Positions 31,231-47,757 of a stretch of DNA of 64,000 nt are shown here, in pieces. This DNA comes from Amphiscolops sp. MND2022 (lineage: Eukaryota), in NCBI GenBank assembly GCA_964187785.1, contig OZ076409.1, positions 95,482,001 to 95,546,000 on the forward strand, written 5' to 3'. Below the pieces are notes generated by a model that saw only the letters and a program-made list of their open reading frames with translations, did not search any database and was not told the origin of the DNA. Numbering within the stretch: position 1 is the stretch's first letter; the number at the start of each line of letters is the position of its first letter. The translations under genes and the position numbers were made by a program.

Positions 31231-33566
31231 TTTTCTCACAGAATTAGTTCAGGGTAGATCTAGGTTTTACCACACTCCGCCTAGGACTTAATGTTTGCTT
31301 GCAAACCATTCATTGGGTTATTTGACAATCTGCGACTTTTGACAAAAGAGTTAATTTTCAAAAAAGCCCCAGAAGAACATTTACAGCAAAGTTGTTTCCT
31401 TGTGAAATTTTTTAGTTGAGGAAAAGCGTTTTTCGAGTCTCAAATTTCCTGTCTGATATTTTTGGCACTTTTTGATGTTGATGAGAGTTTCTCAATAATT
31501 GTCCTTGTGCATATTCAAACGATTCTGCTCTTTTTGAGTCTTGAGTGCGGCGCCGACTGGAGCCTCTTTATAATATCTTGCCAGTAATTCGAAGAAAAAA
31601 TTCTGTCGGCTTCGTAAAGCTCCATGTTAATCAATGAAAACTTTCTTTTTAAGCAAAGGTAAGTACAGAACAAATCGTCCTTTTTTATCATTTGTCAAAC
31701 TGGTCGTTGCAACATCGTCTCAGCTAAGAATATAAAAATCTCTTCAAAATTAACGTAGCCTGCCATCGAAACTGGAACCCTTGAAGAGAGAAAAATAAAC
31801 GCCAGATGAACAAAAAATTCGTTTTTAATTGTTTGCTTTGAAAACATCTGCATCAAAAACCTGTTCAAGATATTGATTGGCAGAAAGGTACCACTCTGTT
31901 TCGTCACAAAACACGGCCTCGTTTCTCAAATTTCTTTTATTTCGAGACGCTTGTTTAGCAAAAATAGAAACAGGCGGCTCTCAGGAGAAAAGGAGAAAAA
32001 CAAACTGAAATCCAGAGGAACAGGAAAATTCGCTCAGACTAAATGGGCAAGTAAAAATGAAAGCTGAAAATGTAAAAGCTTCTTTGTTTCATTTCTATTC
32101 GCATTAGTCAACGCCAAGCTTCATAACTTTATATTGTTTTAACTTTATAAGTTATAATTAGAGTAATGATTATGTTTCGACAATGATAATCTACCGAGGC
32201 TGTTTTCCAGGGCAGAAAAGCCCAAAAAGGTTAAAAAAAACGGCAAGGAAAGTGTATTGCTTGGTTATGGTACTTAATACTTGATCATGAGGTACAAACT
32301 TCGAATTTTCCAACGAATTTGTTCTAGAGTTGCCAAGGACTAGACCAGGAGTGGTAAGAACTTGCGTTTTTTGATATTTTCAACAAAAATTTCCCAGGAA
32401 TGCCAATGATTGGACCAAAACTAGTAAGGACTTGGGAACTTTCGAAAACTGGAGTTACCCTTGACAGTTTTTGGAATCCTTGAGCTATTCTATCCAGGAA
32501 TTGGAATCCTTGAGTTAGCCTGCTAGGGGTTTAAGTCCACTGGAATGTCACTATCGGTATTGCCAGAAAAATATAAAAATACAAATCTGATGTTTTTTCA
32601 GGTCTTTTCTAAAGCCTAAAGCTTCGAACACGATGATAACCAAATCGTTGTTTCTGGTTGCATCTTAAATGCGCTACAAAATGTGCATTCTGTTGATCAA
32701 AAACTAAGAAATCTTTGTGAGAGTGGAATTTTCTTTTTCAGTTGAATGAATCAATGAAACTCGTAGTTTGACGAGTAATGACGGTTCAAACGTACCCGTA
32801 GGGTGTACAAAACTCAAATTATCAATTTTAAAGCGGACAGGGTCAGTGACCAATTTACAATACATACTGAGGTGCGTTAATCTTACAGTGCTTGTCGTGT
32901 TCATCAGTTGGTCAAGTTTCAGAAGACTGGATTTTCAGTCGGCGCTTTTCGTAGAAAAACGCAGAATATAGTAGTGACTTTTTTCCCTTTTTTAAGACCA
33001 ACGAAGTGACAGATTTCATAAGCTTTTGTAACGGCAAGCTCTGGTACAGCAATATCAACCGATTTTGCAACTTTGACATGTTCAGAAATTTTGTCAAAAA
33101 TTCTAATTCGATGTGTGACGTGGCACGGAGCATGTGATTGCTCTTTTCGCTGTTTCCACGAAATTGGCAGGTACTTCGACAACAAAGAGCAAGAACGAGC
33201 AAAAATACGGGCGCGCCGCCATGACAGAAGCCAGAGACGGCAAGAACATCCGAAAATAGACTCTTTTTGAGGTGCTAACACCGGTTTTATCGATTTTCAG
33301 CATTATGCTACCCTATGTAGCAGAAACCGGTAAAATGAGTCTTTTCGCCTAAAGATCCTTGTTTGGTGCTTGGAGCCCCTGCGCCCCAGCTTTTTAGCTG
33401 TGTGGTTTGCCATTCCGATGTGTGCTTTGATGTATTATTGCTGGATTTAGCCGTTTGAACTAGCGCCAGCGCTAGTTTGTGCAATTTTAGATCTTATTCC
33501 CCATTTTAGATATTTTTCCGATATCAGGTGGAAGATGGAAATTTACACTGTTTATTCTTGGCATTG

Positions 33567-34256
33567 TTTTTAAAGGCTGTCTAAACGGTGGTCCCAGGCA
33601 AAGGGCCGAGACGGATGCCCGTTATTCTCAGCAGTTACAGACTGGGACCAGGCCAGAGAGCGTCCTACAAGACGGTTCCCCCACCTTGGGACTGGCTCCT
33701 TCGGAGGGAAAATGAGCTAGGGCCGCGGAGATCTAGGTCCCAGATTATATTCGCTGTTCTAGTTCCTCCACTCTAGGTTACGGTTCAAGCGCCAGCGCTT
33801 ATCGTTACATTTATAAGCTGACTTGCTGCACTAACACTAACTGCCACTCTACATCTACTGGCACTTGGCATAGAGGTTAATTAGGCTTTTTTGAGGTCTG
33901 CCAAGCAGAAGAACGTGGGTTCGAGTCCCGCCTTTGACCAAAATTTTTTGTGCAGGTTATTTCGGCTTTGTGAGACTTTTTTTTCGCAAATTTTTTAAAT
34001 GTATCCAAAGGGTCCCCCCTTCAATTTTTTTCTATTTTGCAAAAAAAATCGATGTTCAAAAATTCCCAAAGGACCCCCTTTTACATTTTTCGGCACTATG
34101 CGACTTACCGGAGACCAAAAAAAATCGATTTTTTTAATTCGGAATATTTTCAATTTTTTCCTCACTGTAGAAAAGAATACTTGACACTTTGAAGTCCTTT
34201 TGCTCTTTTTGAGCCTTAGATATGGCGCCGCCGACTTGGCCCGTTCCCGGCTTGTT
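33567..34256 (+). mobile_element. Chimeric Helentron-type element: 5' part of a third family, tRNA-like module, family A 3' end
   Basis: 33567-33808 is homologous to the reverse complement of 63225-63454; A/B-box segment at 33860-33940; ends GGCGCCGCCGACTTGGCCCGTTCCCGGCTTGTT. Confidence 0.65.
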
Positions 34257-35883
34257 GTTGATAGCATTTGCTTAGGTGTTTTGCAGGTAGGTCTTGTAAG
34301 TTTAAGAAAAACAAGAAACGCACTTGTGCACTTTGTTACAGAATTCAGAACAAAATGTTCGCTTCGCAAACCCAAATAAATTAGAGTGCAATCAAATTTT
34401 ATCCTTAATAAATTTTTCGACTCCATGATTTTGGATTCAAAATCAATGTTTTTTTGCCGAGAGCTCCTCCGTAAAATTTTTTTTGATTTTTGAAAAAAAA
34501 TTGATTAACTGAAAATTACAAGGTTAGTTGAACGACGACAGGGTTTTTCTAAACATGGTCAAATGAAGAAGGAAAAATAGAACCACTACATGTCTACATG
34601 TCAAGAGAGAGTAATACGAGGGAAGTATTGAGAGAAAGAAGGGCTGATTGTTATTGCAATTGATGAAATTTATCAGGCATTATTTATTATAAACGGTGGA
34701 ACGAGACAACCATAAATCCAAGGACACCTGGTTACCCCTCGCGGTGCAAGGAGGGGCAAAATACGAGACAATCAAACAACCTAGGCGGGAACCGAAAGAC
34801 TCAATCACGCGTGAATTTAATCATAATTGAAACCACCAGGTGTGATAAGATCTGAAAGAGGTGTGATCATTCGTGAAATTTCACGTGAACAACAAGAGCA
34901 ATAATTTATTATTAGCGATAATCATTCAATGTCTTCGCCAATTATAATTTGAAATGCCATGGAAAATTCATGGAAAATTCCGATAACACAATGTATTTGT
35001 TCCTGGATCAAAAGGTCTCCGTTTGTTTGGGAGATTAGCTTTGAAATTAAATAAAGAGGCATAGTAATATATTACAGTACCAATACAGAACCTCTATCTA
35101 TATCTATTATAGGTATATTTTGTGCATTTCAACTGATACCTTTGATTGAGAGTTACTGTTACAAGCAGTTCAAGCCAGGTATATAAAAACATTAGCATAA
35201 TATAGGGATTGTCGGTCTTATACTATGTATTTATATACCCCTGATACAAGATGTTTTATTGCTTTCCACGAGAACATTACTGAAGCAACGCATACTTTAG
35301 TTTAATTTGATTTATAGTTTTCTTAAGATCTATTTACAACCCTTAATTCTACATTGACGTAATGACAGAATGTCGAAATCTGTTGCTAAAATCAAGATAA
35401 ATCAGAAAATAACCCATGAAGTGTAGTCTGCAATTTTGACATCAAACGAAGCAATCAGATGTGTGTTGACATTCACATTCAGCCCTGAAGGCATTGTATA
35501 TTTTCGTATAAACGCTTTCAAGCACTTCAGTTTCAAGGTAGCTACCCCAAATTATTGAGTGCTTATTAACTTGTTACTTAAGTACGAATCTAGGTGTCAC
35601 ATATTTTGAATTGGTGGTTGATCCTAATTTAGTTCATACCACCCAACCAACCGGGATACCAGCGTCTAGATCTGGGGGTTACACTATACGGGATAACATT
35701 TGTTTGATTTATCAGATTGAAAATGAATTCAGATACCGATTTTCTACCATTTCCTGAGAAGTTCCAATGAGCTAATGATATTTTACAGAAGTTCAAAATG
35801 AAACAAGAGTACAACCCCCCTCCCCTCGCTCCTAACAATTAATTATGACCCCATGACCCCTGTGACCTTTGTAAACCACTGAC

Positions 35884-36074
35884 CTTGAATAAGCAGATCT
35901 GTCAGCATGGTTCTGTTCCTCGGAGAGGATTTCAGTGAACACGTGTTGCCACTTGCTCGACAGATCCAGGGGCTCAGTGCACGATTCCTCGTTCCACGAT
36001 GCAATCAGTCCCCCCAGAAACAGACCCAGCACGCCACTGATGAAACCCAGAGCCAGAGTGATGCACAAGCCCGT
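35884..36074 (-). CDS. Coding exon 3 of the putative host gene (transmembrane helix)
   Basis: CTCTCCAG| acceptor and AG|GTCAGT donor; TGLCITLALGFISGVLGLFLGGLIASWNEESC...; GC-rich island in AT-rich DNA. Confidence 0.65.
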
Positions 36075-36124
36075 CTGGAGAGATGCCCCGCCAGAGATGA
36101 CCGATAGAGCATATGGAAAACTTC

Positions 36125-36612
36125 AACAAGACGAGAACGCCTCAAGTCGGCGCTATATCTAAGGCTCAAAAAGCGCAAAACATTTTTTTTTGGAAAAAAA
36201 CTTGAAATTTTCGAAAAAAAAATTCTTTCGGAAAATGTCGGACAGTGCCGAAAAATGTAAAAGGGGGGACCCTTTTTGATTTATAAACACGCATTCTGTA
36301 GCAAAATAACAAAAAACTCAAAGGGGGACCCTTTGGGGACATTTAAAAAATTTCGAAAAAAAGTCTTACAGTGCCGAAAAAAAAATCGAAAGGGGGGACC
36401 CTTTAGTCCCGTCCGGGCTTGTATGTAACGTTTAAAAAGTAAATGAATGCGCTCCCCGTTTGCCTTTAGCGGTCCAGTAGTTTAGTTCTTATTTAGTGGT
36501 TGAACGTTAATTTTAACGTTCGTCGCTTCGAGTCTGTCTTAAATAAAATTAAAAAAAAAACGAGTGACTGTAATAGTCGGGCTTTTTTCTTAAGAAAAAC
36601 GCCGACTAAAAA
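36125..36612 (-). mobile_element. Helentron-type element, family A
   Basis: AACAAGACGAGAACGCCTCAAGTCGGCGC ... AGTCGGGC...ACGCCGACTAAAAA. Confidence 0.85.
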
Positions 36613-36629
36613 TGCTATGATAAAGACAG

Positions 36630-36794
36630 GTGAGTTGGAACCGGGTCGGGCCGGGCCTGTCCTGTGTTTCGATAGGTGTAGAACAAAAAAGGTCAAAAAT
36701 AAATTCATTTGCGAGTCTGTTAGTAGGCATTTCAAAACCATGGACCGGGCATGAGCGGGCCGGGCCTGGATATTTAGGCTCGCTTCCAACTCTG
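36630..36794 (+). mobile_element. Short hAT-like MITE with GGCCC repeats
   Basis: GAGTTGGAA/TTCCAACTCTG TIR; reverse-complement homolog at 60046-60246. Confidence 0.7.
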
Positions 36795-37191
36795 CTCACT
36801 TATACTTGTGAGTTATACACAAGTTGTATACTTTAGCTAGTCATTTCCGCCCATATTTCATATATTGCGCATTACAGTCCCAAATGTTGGTCAACAGAAT
36901 TATGTGTTGATAATTCAGTGCCTTTCCTTAACAAATTTTGAAAACTGTGTTTTGTTGATTTTCTATGAATCTCGCAAAGGCGAATTTTGGAATCGGTTAA
37001 CGTAATTTGCTCATGTAATGAATTGACTACGGCAAAAAAAGTGAAATGTTCATCAACAGAATCCGATGCAAAGCTCAGATTTGTTAGTGTATTGCTATTT
37101 CATGAGCTGAACAACTATTTTGAGGTTATTTCATGTTTGAGTTTTCCTATAGAAACAAATTTGAAAAAAAACTTGGTATGTTTGGTCATGC

Positions 37192-37310
37192 CTGGAAGGG
37201 CCGTTTGAACACCCCAGCCGCACTCAGCTTCTCGTGAGTCGAATCGAAGAAGCCCCGGTAGAAGCTTGTTGACCTGCTCGCACAGGGCGTGAAATCATCC
37301 ATACACCACT
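37192..37310 (-). CDS. Coding exon 2 of the putative host gene (cytoplasmic tail)
   Basis: TTGTTCAG| acceptor; (E)WCMDDFTPCASRSTSFYRGFFDSTHEKLSAAGVFKRPFQ; donor CAG|GCATGA (GC-type) or the weaker GGG|GTGTTC, both phase 0. Confidence 0.55.
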
Positions 37311-37422
37311 CTGAACAAACAAATTCAAACAGTCAAAATACTGTTTTCAATCATTAACTAATATCAGTTATCTAATCATCAGGTCATCTAATCAATGCTT
37401 CTAATATCAGAGACTACGTTAT

Positions 37423-38270
37423 ACAAGCCAGGATCGGCACAAGTCAGCGCACCGCTCAAGTTTCAAAAAACCGAGTTTCTTAAATATGCAAAAGACACTA
37501 TTGCTAAAATTTCATCAATTTCTCAGTGCCGAAAAATATCAGAAAGGATACGCATAAGGCTCGCAAACCACATATTTCCCAACTGGAAACAAAATATCCT
37601 TTTTTTGAAATATTTTTTTTCGACTTTTTCGGAAAATTCATAGTGCCGGAAAAGGAGCTTTCAGCTCGCAAAACTATTTTTTTCAAGCCGAAATCAGCTA
37701 TAAAAGTGAAGATACCCTTTGACCTAATGAAAATTTCAAAAAAAGTTGCAAAGAGCTGAAAAAAGCTGAAATAATGTCTTCCACAATCATTAAGAAAACT
37801 CATTAGTTCCACAGGATCAAAAATCAACAAAGAGGTCACGCTCAAGACTCGGGAAACAATTTTCCTTTAAAAAGACCTCAAAAATACAGAAATTTGTGGC
37901 GATATTTTCACTGCCGTAAGTCGCACAGTGCCAAAAAACCTAAAATAGCCATCTATGCTAGCAAAACGCTTTCTTTATGCTGAAAGTCCAGGAAGGGGCT
38001 TCAGGATTTAAAAACTCTGGAAAAAAACTCGCGTAGTGCCGAAAAATTCCATAGGGGGACCCGTTGGTCTCCACTTACTTTTGGAAACACAAAAATTTGG
38101 TTTAGTGCGAGACTTGAGCCAACGTACTCCTGCTTCTCAGACCTCACCACCAGGACAGGTAATCCGCGTTAATGACTACGCCAGGTTTAAGTGAGAAGTT
38201 ACTACCTCTGCCCAAATTGAAGAACTTGTAGAACTATTTTGGCTTGCTCAGGTGTACCGAAAAAAAAACA
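37423..38270 (-). mobile_element. Diverged family-A-related Helentron-type element
   Basis: ACAAGCC...AAGTCAGCGC terminus; GTCGCACAGTGCC and GGGGGACCC internal repeats; tRNA-like TGGTTTAGTGCGAGAC segment. The right boundary is approximate. Confidence 0.5.
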
Positions 38271-38289
38271 GAAAAAAAAACGACGATAA

Positions 38290-38829
38290 CCCTAGTTGAG
38301 ACTGCAGTAACTTTTTACATGCTGCAGGCCTGCATGCAGGGTAATTTTTTATAAAACCTAGAAAATTCAGTGACATTTCAGGCAGTAAATTACACTGCAT
38401 TTTCCACTACTGCAATTAAATTTGAAAATAAATACAACATCATCACCGACACGACCACTTTGTATTTAAACTTTGTTTTCTCAACAACTCATCTGATGTG
38501 ATCACCGCTTTTCAAATAGGACGCTAAACATGACGCTACTTTGCAGTTTATTACGTGACTGAAGTTATTTTGCATTAAGATGGCTGTTGAACTGAGAGCG
38601 ATTTATTTGCTTTTAAAATTAGAACAGCTTCTTTAAGAAACCTGCAAAACTTCAAGGACTAAAATTGCCGCCAAAACTTTGATGAATCTTTCAAGCAGCT
38701 TGATAAAAGTCGAATACAACAGGTAAATATTTTTGCATTAAAGTTTCCGTAAGAGTTTCAGAAAATCATAGTAAAAATTGCTGGCAACATTAAAGTACAT
38801 GCAAAAAGTTCAAGAAGTTTCAACCAGGG
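38290..38829 (+). mobile_element. CMC/EnSpm-type MITE (540 bp)
   Basis: CCCTAGTTGAGACTGC ... GAAGTTTCAACCAGGG with AA flanks; homolog of 23237-23781. Confidence 0.8.
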
Positions 38830-40107
38830 AAGCCATTACTATAGTCGACTGTTTTCTAAAGAAAAACGCGGAATTAAAATGCATATTAGAATTGAAACAT
38901 GGATAGTTAGAGCTGTCTCTGATTTTAAAAGCATGAATGCGAAGGGAAATGGATTGAAAACGTTGAATCTCTTCCTGTTGAAATTCACAGACTAATTTTA
39001 CGATTAGAATTTTCAAAGTTATGAGATTGCTGTATTGCCGTTTTCAGTATCATCCATTTCACTGCATAACAATTGCTGTGATGATGCCAAACATTGGAAG
39101 GAATTTCATTTTGATTATTTGTAGAGAACTGAGCGAAGTTATTAATTTTGAACCCAATCGGAATTAGCAAGCCTCAAACAGTCAAAATCGGTGCCCCGCT
39201 TGAGTCTCAGAAAAAGCAAGGTCTTTCAAACATACCCAAGGACAAGTGTTGAGAAAACTCTCGTTTATCTCACTTTGCCCAAAACTACCCAAACAGGGTA
39301 CGCGTGAGACTCGAAAACGGTTTTCGCAACTTGAAAGCAACCAAAATCGCAAAATCGGGTAGATCGATAGAATAAAACAACCGTGAATTGGGAAGTCGAA
39401 GGAAATTCGTTTCTCCCAGTTTGTCCGAAAGTGCAGTTTTACTTTTCGGAGCTAGAGCCCTTTTCCAATATTTGAATATTTGAATTGATTTGATCAGATA
39501 AATATAGTATGAACTAAAACACAAAACAAAATTTATACTTATTCATATGAGGACACATATCTGACCGGGACGCAGAAAGGAGCTTTACAGCTCTAGGGTA
39601 TACGCCCCAAAAAACAGAAAGAAGAGTTGTCAGCTCCAATGAAGAAAGATACTAGGAAATCTGCAAACTTTAATCAAAAATGAGGTTAATAGTTGTTTCA
39701 CTGTCAAGGATGTACAGTTCTTTGAAATTCGTTATGAACTTTTTTAGCATTATTTTGTCAACATTGTTTTCGAAACTTGGCAATAGATCGTTTTTCATTA
39801 AAAAATTGTAACATTTTATAACTCTCCCGGCTAAAGAGTTTTTGGCTGTAACAGTTCGCGAAATGTTTGTATCCCAACACAACCCTTAAGCCATAATTGC
39901 AGCCAAAAGGGCATAAAATTATGACTGCTCGAAGCTGTCCTCGTCATTTTGTTTTTGTTTCGTTCAGACCATACCAGGTGCGAACTTGCTTAAAACGCTC
40001 AACTATCGAGTGACTTGATAGAAACTTGAACATGAAAGCGCACCAACGGAGGCCCTATGATCAAATCACCAGTCCAAGATCTACAAAAAAACGGAACTGC
40101 TGCCGCA

Positions 40108-40342
40108 TTTTATTGTTTTCCGCCCACATATTATGGGGGATGAAAATCATAATCTGTGTTGCGTTTTTTTCCAAATTCTGCCAAATCTCTACGATCTCCA
40201 TCCACATCACTTAGTTAAACGCAATTAAAATAGTCCAGTAACTAAACTAGCCAAATAACTAGAATAGTCAACTCAGTAAATAGTCAACTAAACGAAGGTA
40301 GAGATGGCGGAAAATATCCCGGTGCTTAGCGGGCGTCTTGTT
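40108..40342 (+). mobile_element. Helentron-type element, family B
   Basis: TTTTATTGTTTTCCGC ... GCGGAAAATA subterminal IR, CCCG..CGGG hairpin, CGTCTTGTT end. Confidence 0.8.
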
Positions 40343-41879
40343 TCAATATGCACTTTTAAAAATATAAAAACTCAAATGGTATGTTTACAAAAAATATAAG
40401 AAACTAATTGATTTGTTTTCAACTCTCTGGAACTTCAAAATTGTGAAAACATTCCCAAATTGTGTAAAAAATCCCTCCTGCAGCGTTGAAAAGAAGAAAA
40501 TTTTGACGTTTTTTTCACTGAAAACTCACAGATTTTGTTGACTAAAAGATTTTTTAATCTGCAAATATTTTCTTCTGAACTCTGTGGATACGCACACCCA
40601 CCAGCATTGCAATGAATATAGAGCATATTAAGGTCAATTCAGGGTTTCAAGAAGTTTTAAAAACTTGGATATTCCCCCACAGAACTGCACTTTCGCACTT
40701 TCCAAGAAATCGTTTTGCCTTCGAAATTTGTGGTTAATGTTTCCCACCAACGTTGTAAAATTGCACAAGAAATTCCCTCCGCGTTACATTTGTAGAGAGC
40801 GTTTTGGGTATCGTTTGAACATTTTTTATTTCATCTGTTTGAAGCGTGCTGGATTGATGGTTTGTTCATTGTTTAACTTTGTGATATTCTGGCTGCCATA
40901 AACATTCAACAGTTCTATGAAAATTGCAAAAAAAATGTCAAAAATTTGACAATGCGGTTTGATTTTGGGATATTTTTTATAATTTTTGTTGGCACTTTTT
41001 CAAATAAAAATGTCAAATATCTGCATAATTACTTATGCTACGAAGGAAACTGAAAACCCATACAGAACAAACGCTTACACCGATCGGAATTATTTGTTAT
41101 GGATTTATGAATTTACAACATTGATGTTTTCAAGTAGCAGTTGAAAATCTTACATAATGTGGAATTTCAAAACTAAAAGAAGCTGAGGTCTAAGACGGTT
41201 TTTATGTATTTCTATATGCAATGTTCCTAACTCAAATCAAATTCTTAGTCAAAAATGGATTTTGAAAAAGATTAATCTAAAACTGAGAACCCCCCTCGTT
41301 CTTCACAAAATCGAAGACTGAAAGTTACTTGCAAATGGTGGAAGAAAAATGGGCAATCGAAAATAATCAGGAAATATAAATGTTCCAGTTTCCAAAAAAT
41401 GAAGCTCATGAACTCACCTGACAAACTCATTTTACGAATTGTTTCATAAATGACTTTTGAAGCATTCAATGTACCACAAAAATAGTGAGAAACGTAGTTC
41501 AAACTGATGCCTTAAAGCAATTTCTCTCTCGTATTGGAGTTTAAGCAGGTATATAATCCAACAGGAAGTGGTAAAATTGGAAAGGCAATCAGGAAAATAG
41601 GCCCCTGTGGTAGGCAAGAACAGTTGCGTGAAAATCAATTCAACTTGAATCGATTTCATTTCACGCGTTTAATCACGCGATTTCGATCCATTCTCTTGCT
41701 CTTTTTCTTCAGAATGAGCTTTCAACTCTATCTCTCTTCTCTTCAAATTTTTTGTTATCATGACACAGCTTTGGGTTGAATTTGATACACTTGACGCCTT
41801 AACAAAGACCCCTCACTGAAGGCAAAATGTAAAATAAAATACCTATGAAAGAAACCCTTTACATAGCTATCACTCTCGC

Positions 41880-41884
<5 letters not shown>

Positions 41885-41912
<28 letters not shown>
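41885..41912. repeat. (GA)n microsatellite
   Basis: Direct observation. Confidence 0.95.
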
Positions 41913-41918
<6 letters not shown>

Positions 41919-42150
41919 CCTAATTGCCATGTAAATTTTTACAAATTTTTGAAAAGCTGGTTTAAAAATTGTCAATGGTTAATATCTCCACAACTACACT
42001 TACAAAAGAAATGAACTATGGCGCGATAGAAAGATTCAATACTGGGATTTCAATTTGGTTATATGAGCCCCAGGCGCCGCGCGCCCCATTCTTCAGAATT
42101 TTGTATTCTTTTTCCGGGGGCTTGTAGTACCATTTATTTTGGTTTTATTG

Positions 42151-45230
<3,080 letters not shown>

Positions 45231-47552
45231 TATTGGATTCTGCCAAAAAAGGAAATCATGAAAAATATATGTTAGTTTGCAAAAATAAACGGCATTTTTT
45301 TGCTTGTGCCGTTCAAATCAAACACCGCACCAACAAATTGTGAAAATAAAAACTGTCATTGAGTATGGGCTATTGGCAAACAGAATCGAAAGTTTTGAAA
45401 AATACCTTCATTTAAAGTACCACTATGCTATTTATGGTTAATGAGTATTTTTGTTTTAAAAATTGGGGTTTCTTACTTTAAAGCAATTTTTTACCATCAT
45501 AGATGAATTTATAAGAAGCAAAATATGTCGACATGGAGGCGGGTTGCCTAATTTATAAACTTAAGTTTTTGCTCATGGAAAACTGAAATTTTACAAAAAA
45601 CGTTTTGGTTAGTTAAGCCAGAATTTCACATTCCCCAAACTTTTTTGCGTTTTTCAGAATGACATTCCAAGTTAGGTCATAAAATGTTGCTTGTGATTCC
45701 GAAATGAAAGTGTGAACTGTTGTGGAGCTGAGATGTTTTCACGAGGCTCAAGCATGTTATTTTGAATAAAATGATGAACTTTTAGAATTTTTGGCAATAC
45801 TGGTTGACCTAAGTTGCTTGCACTAATTGACCCGTTTTGCAGAAAAAATCTAATATATGTTCATACGGGAAAAATATATAGAAACGTCAAGGAAAACAAA
45901 TGTAAGCACTTTCAACTGCTTACTTTTAATTGCATTATCTCAAATTGAACGACTCCCTTTTTTCGTGATTAAAAAGACAAGCTCACAATTTAAAGCCTCC
46001 ATAATTTTAATGGTTCTCTTTCAATACCAACTGACGCTATTGAATCAACTTTGCGTAATGCTTCTTCTTTGCGTTTGCCTCTAGATAAGTATTTCCATTT
46101 CATAATTGGGATATATTGTGAAGGCGGTTCCACGGGAGGTTCTAATTGGAAAAAGGGGCACTAAGCTTGCTTGAAATATCTCACACAGAAGCAGCTGTGG
46201 CATAAAAAATTTATGAGAAACGCAACAATAATCGTTCGATAAAACGAGTTGTATCAACAAATATCAAAAAATGAAAAGAAAAGAATGAATGAGCGATAGA
46301 ATAAAAAGTGAATACAAAAAAAAGAAGACAATCAATGGATCAAGTGAACAAATATTTCAAATATTTTTTTCATTATACCGCCTATTTGTCTTGTTTAATT
46401 CTCCAAACATTACCTTTTTCGAGTCCCCAGCCGGTACCCCTGCCTCTAACCTATAACTTACTCCTCTGAATTAGGTTGAAAAAATGAAAAAAACAGGGAA
46501 ATATTCTTGAAAAAAAAAAAAGAAAATTTGCCGTATACATTTCCAAAGCGCTGTAGAATCGTAAGTTCGGAGATATTTTAACAACGGGAGGAAAACAGGC
46601 GCAGCAAATTGGAAAAACGGACGTCTAGGATCCTCTAGGATACCCGCAGACCTCTAATATCTTGATAGGAATTTTGTTAATCTAAAATTTAAACTTGGAA
46701 ACGAAACAATTCAAATTTCATTAAACTAGTTAATAACTAGTTCAGATAGAATATATGCAATACTTTATTAAAGGAATAAACAGAGGGGCTATACTCGTTG
46801 CTGTGATTTCATATATCTGATAAGACAAGATTTCCTTCAAAGTAAAATGCGATTAACGGAGATCAATTCTGGGCCATATAAGTTTGCGTTTGATCTCAGA
46901 AACTCAATTCAGTAAAAGGAATCAATTTAAACCGGAGACTACAGACCCGGAGGTTCGATAAACTATCGAACACAACTTCGAACTTTGAGAACCAATTTTT
47001 GACTAAGTTTTCACATTTTTGAGCTTTTCGGCAGTCCTTTGAATTTTGAACTCGGGCTGACAAACTAAGGAGTACCGTCATATAAAAACAACCATGTTTG
47101 CATTTCCACCCTAACGTTCAGCCATTGCATTGGCTTTGAAAATTTTTACGGTGTTCACTGGTGAACCACCAAGGAACTCCCATTTCTAGTCGGTGCTCAT
47201 ACCTAATTTTTTGATTAGCGTTTTGAACCCCGCGTCGTGACCAAACTAGTTCTAGTGAAAGTTCTACCATTTCCTGCCAATTCAATTCATCATCTATAAA
47301 GTATCCATTTGGTATCTTATCGATTTGTAATCAATTCACAAAACAGCCGATGAAACTTGGATTTTGAAGCATTTCCAAGCCCAATAAGGTCAATTTAAAT
47401 TTCTAATTTCTGTCTACTGTGAGATTAGGAAACATTTAAAAACACTGCATTAAAGATTTTAAAACGCGCTATGTCGCGATCCAACCGTTTCCGTCGATGT
47501 CTTTCACGAATCTGATATTCGCGAGATAATTGGAAGAGAAAATGTGTTAGCA

Positions 47553-47757
47553 TGTAGTAGAGTCTAGAATACTGAACTTAATTACTTAATTGCTGAGAAA
47601 ACAAATGTTTGAAAATAATTAAATTACGTAACAATAACAACCTGCCAAACTTAGCCAAAGTGGCAAAATAACATCAACTGCCATAACATCAGATTCTGTA
47701 CTAATTCACAGTTGTTACTGAATTCTCTTCTTTCTCTTGAGTTCGTTATCGTCAACA
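47553..47757 (+). repeat. 5' LTR
   Basis: TGTAGTAG...GTCAACA; direct repeat of 52752-52956. Confidence 0.97.
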
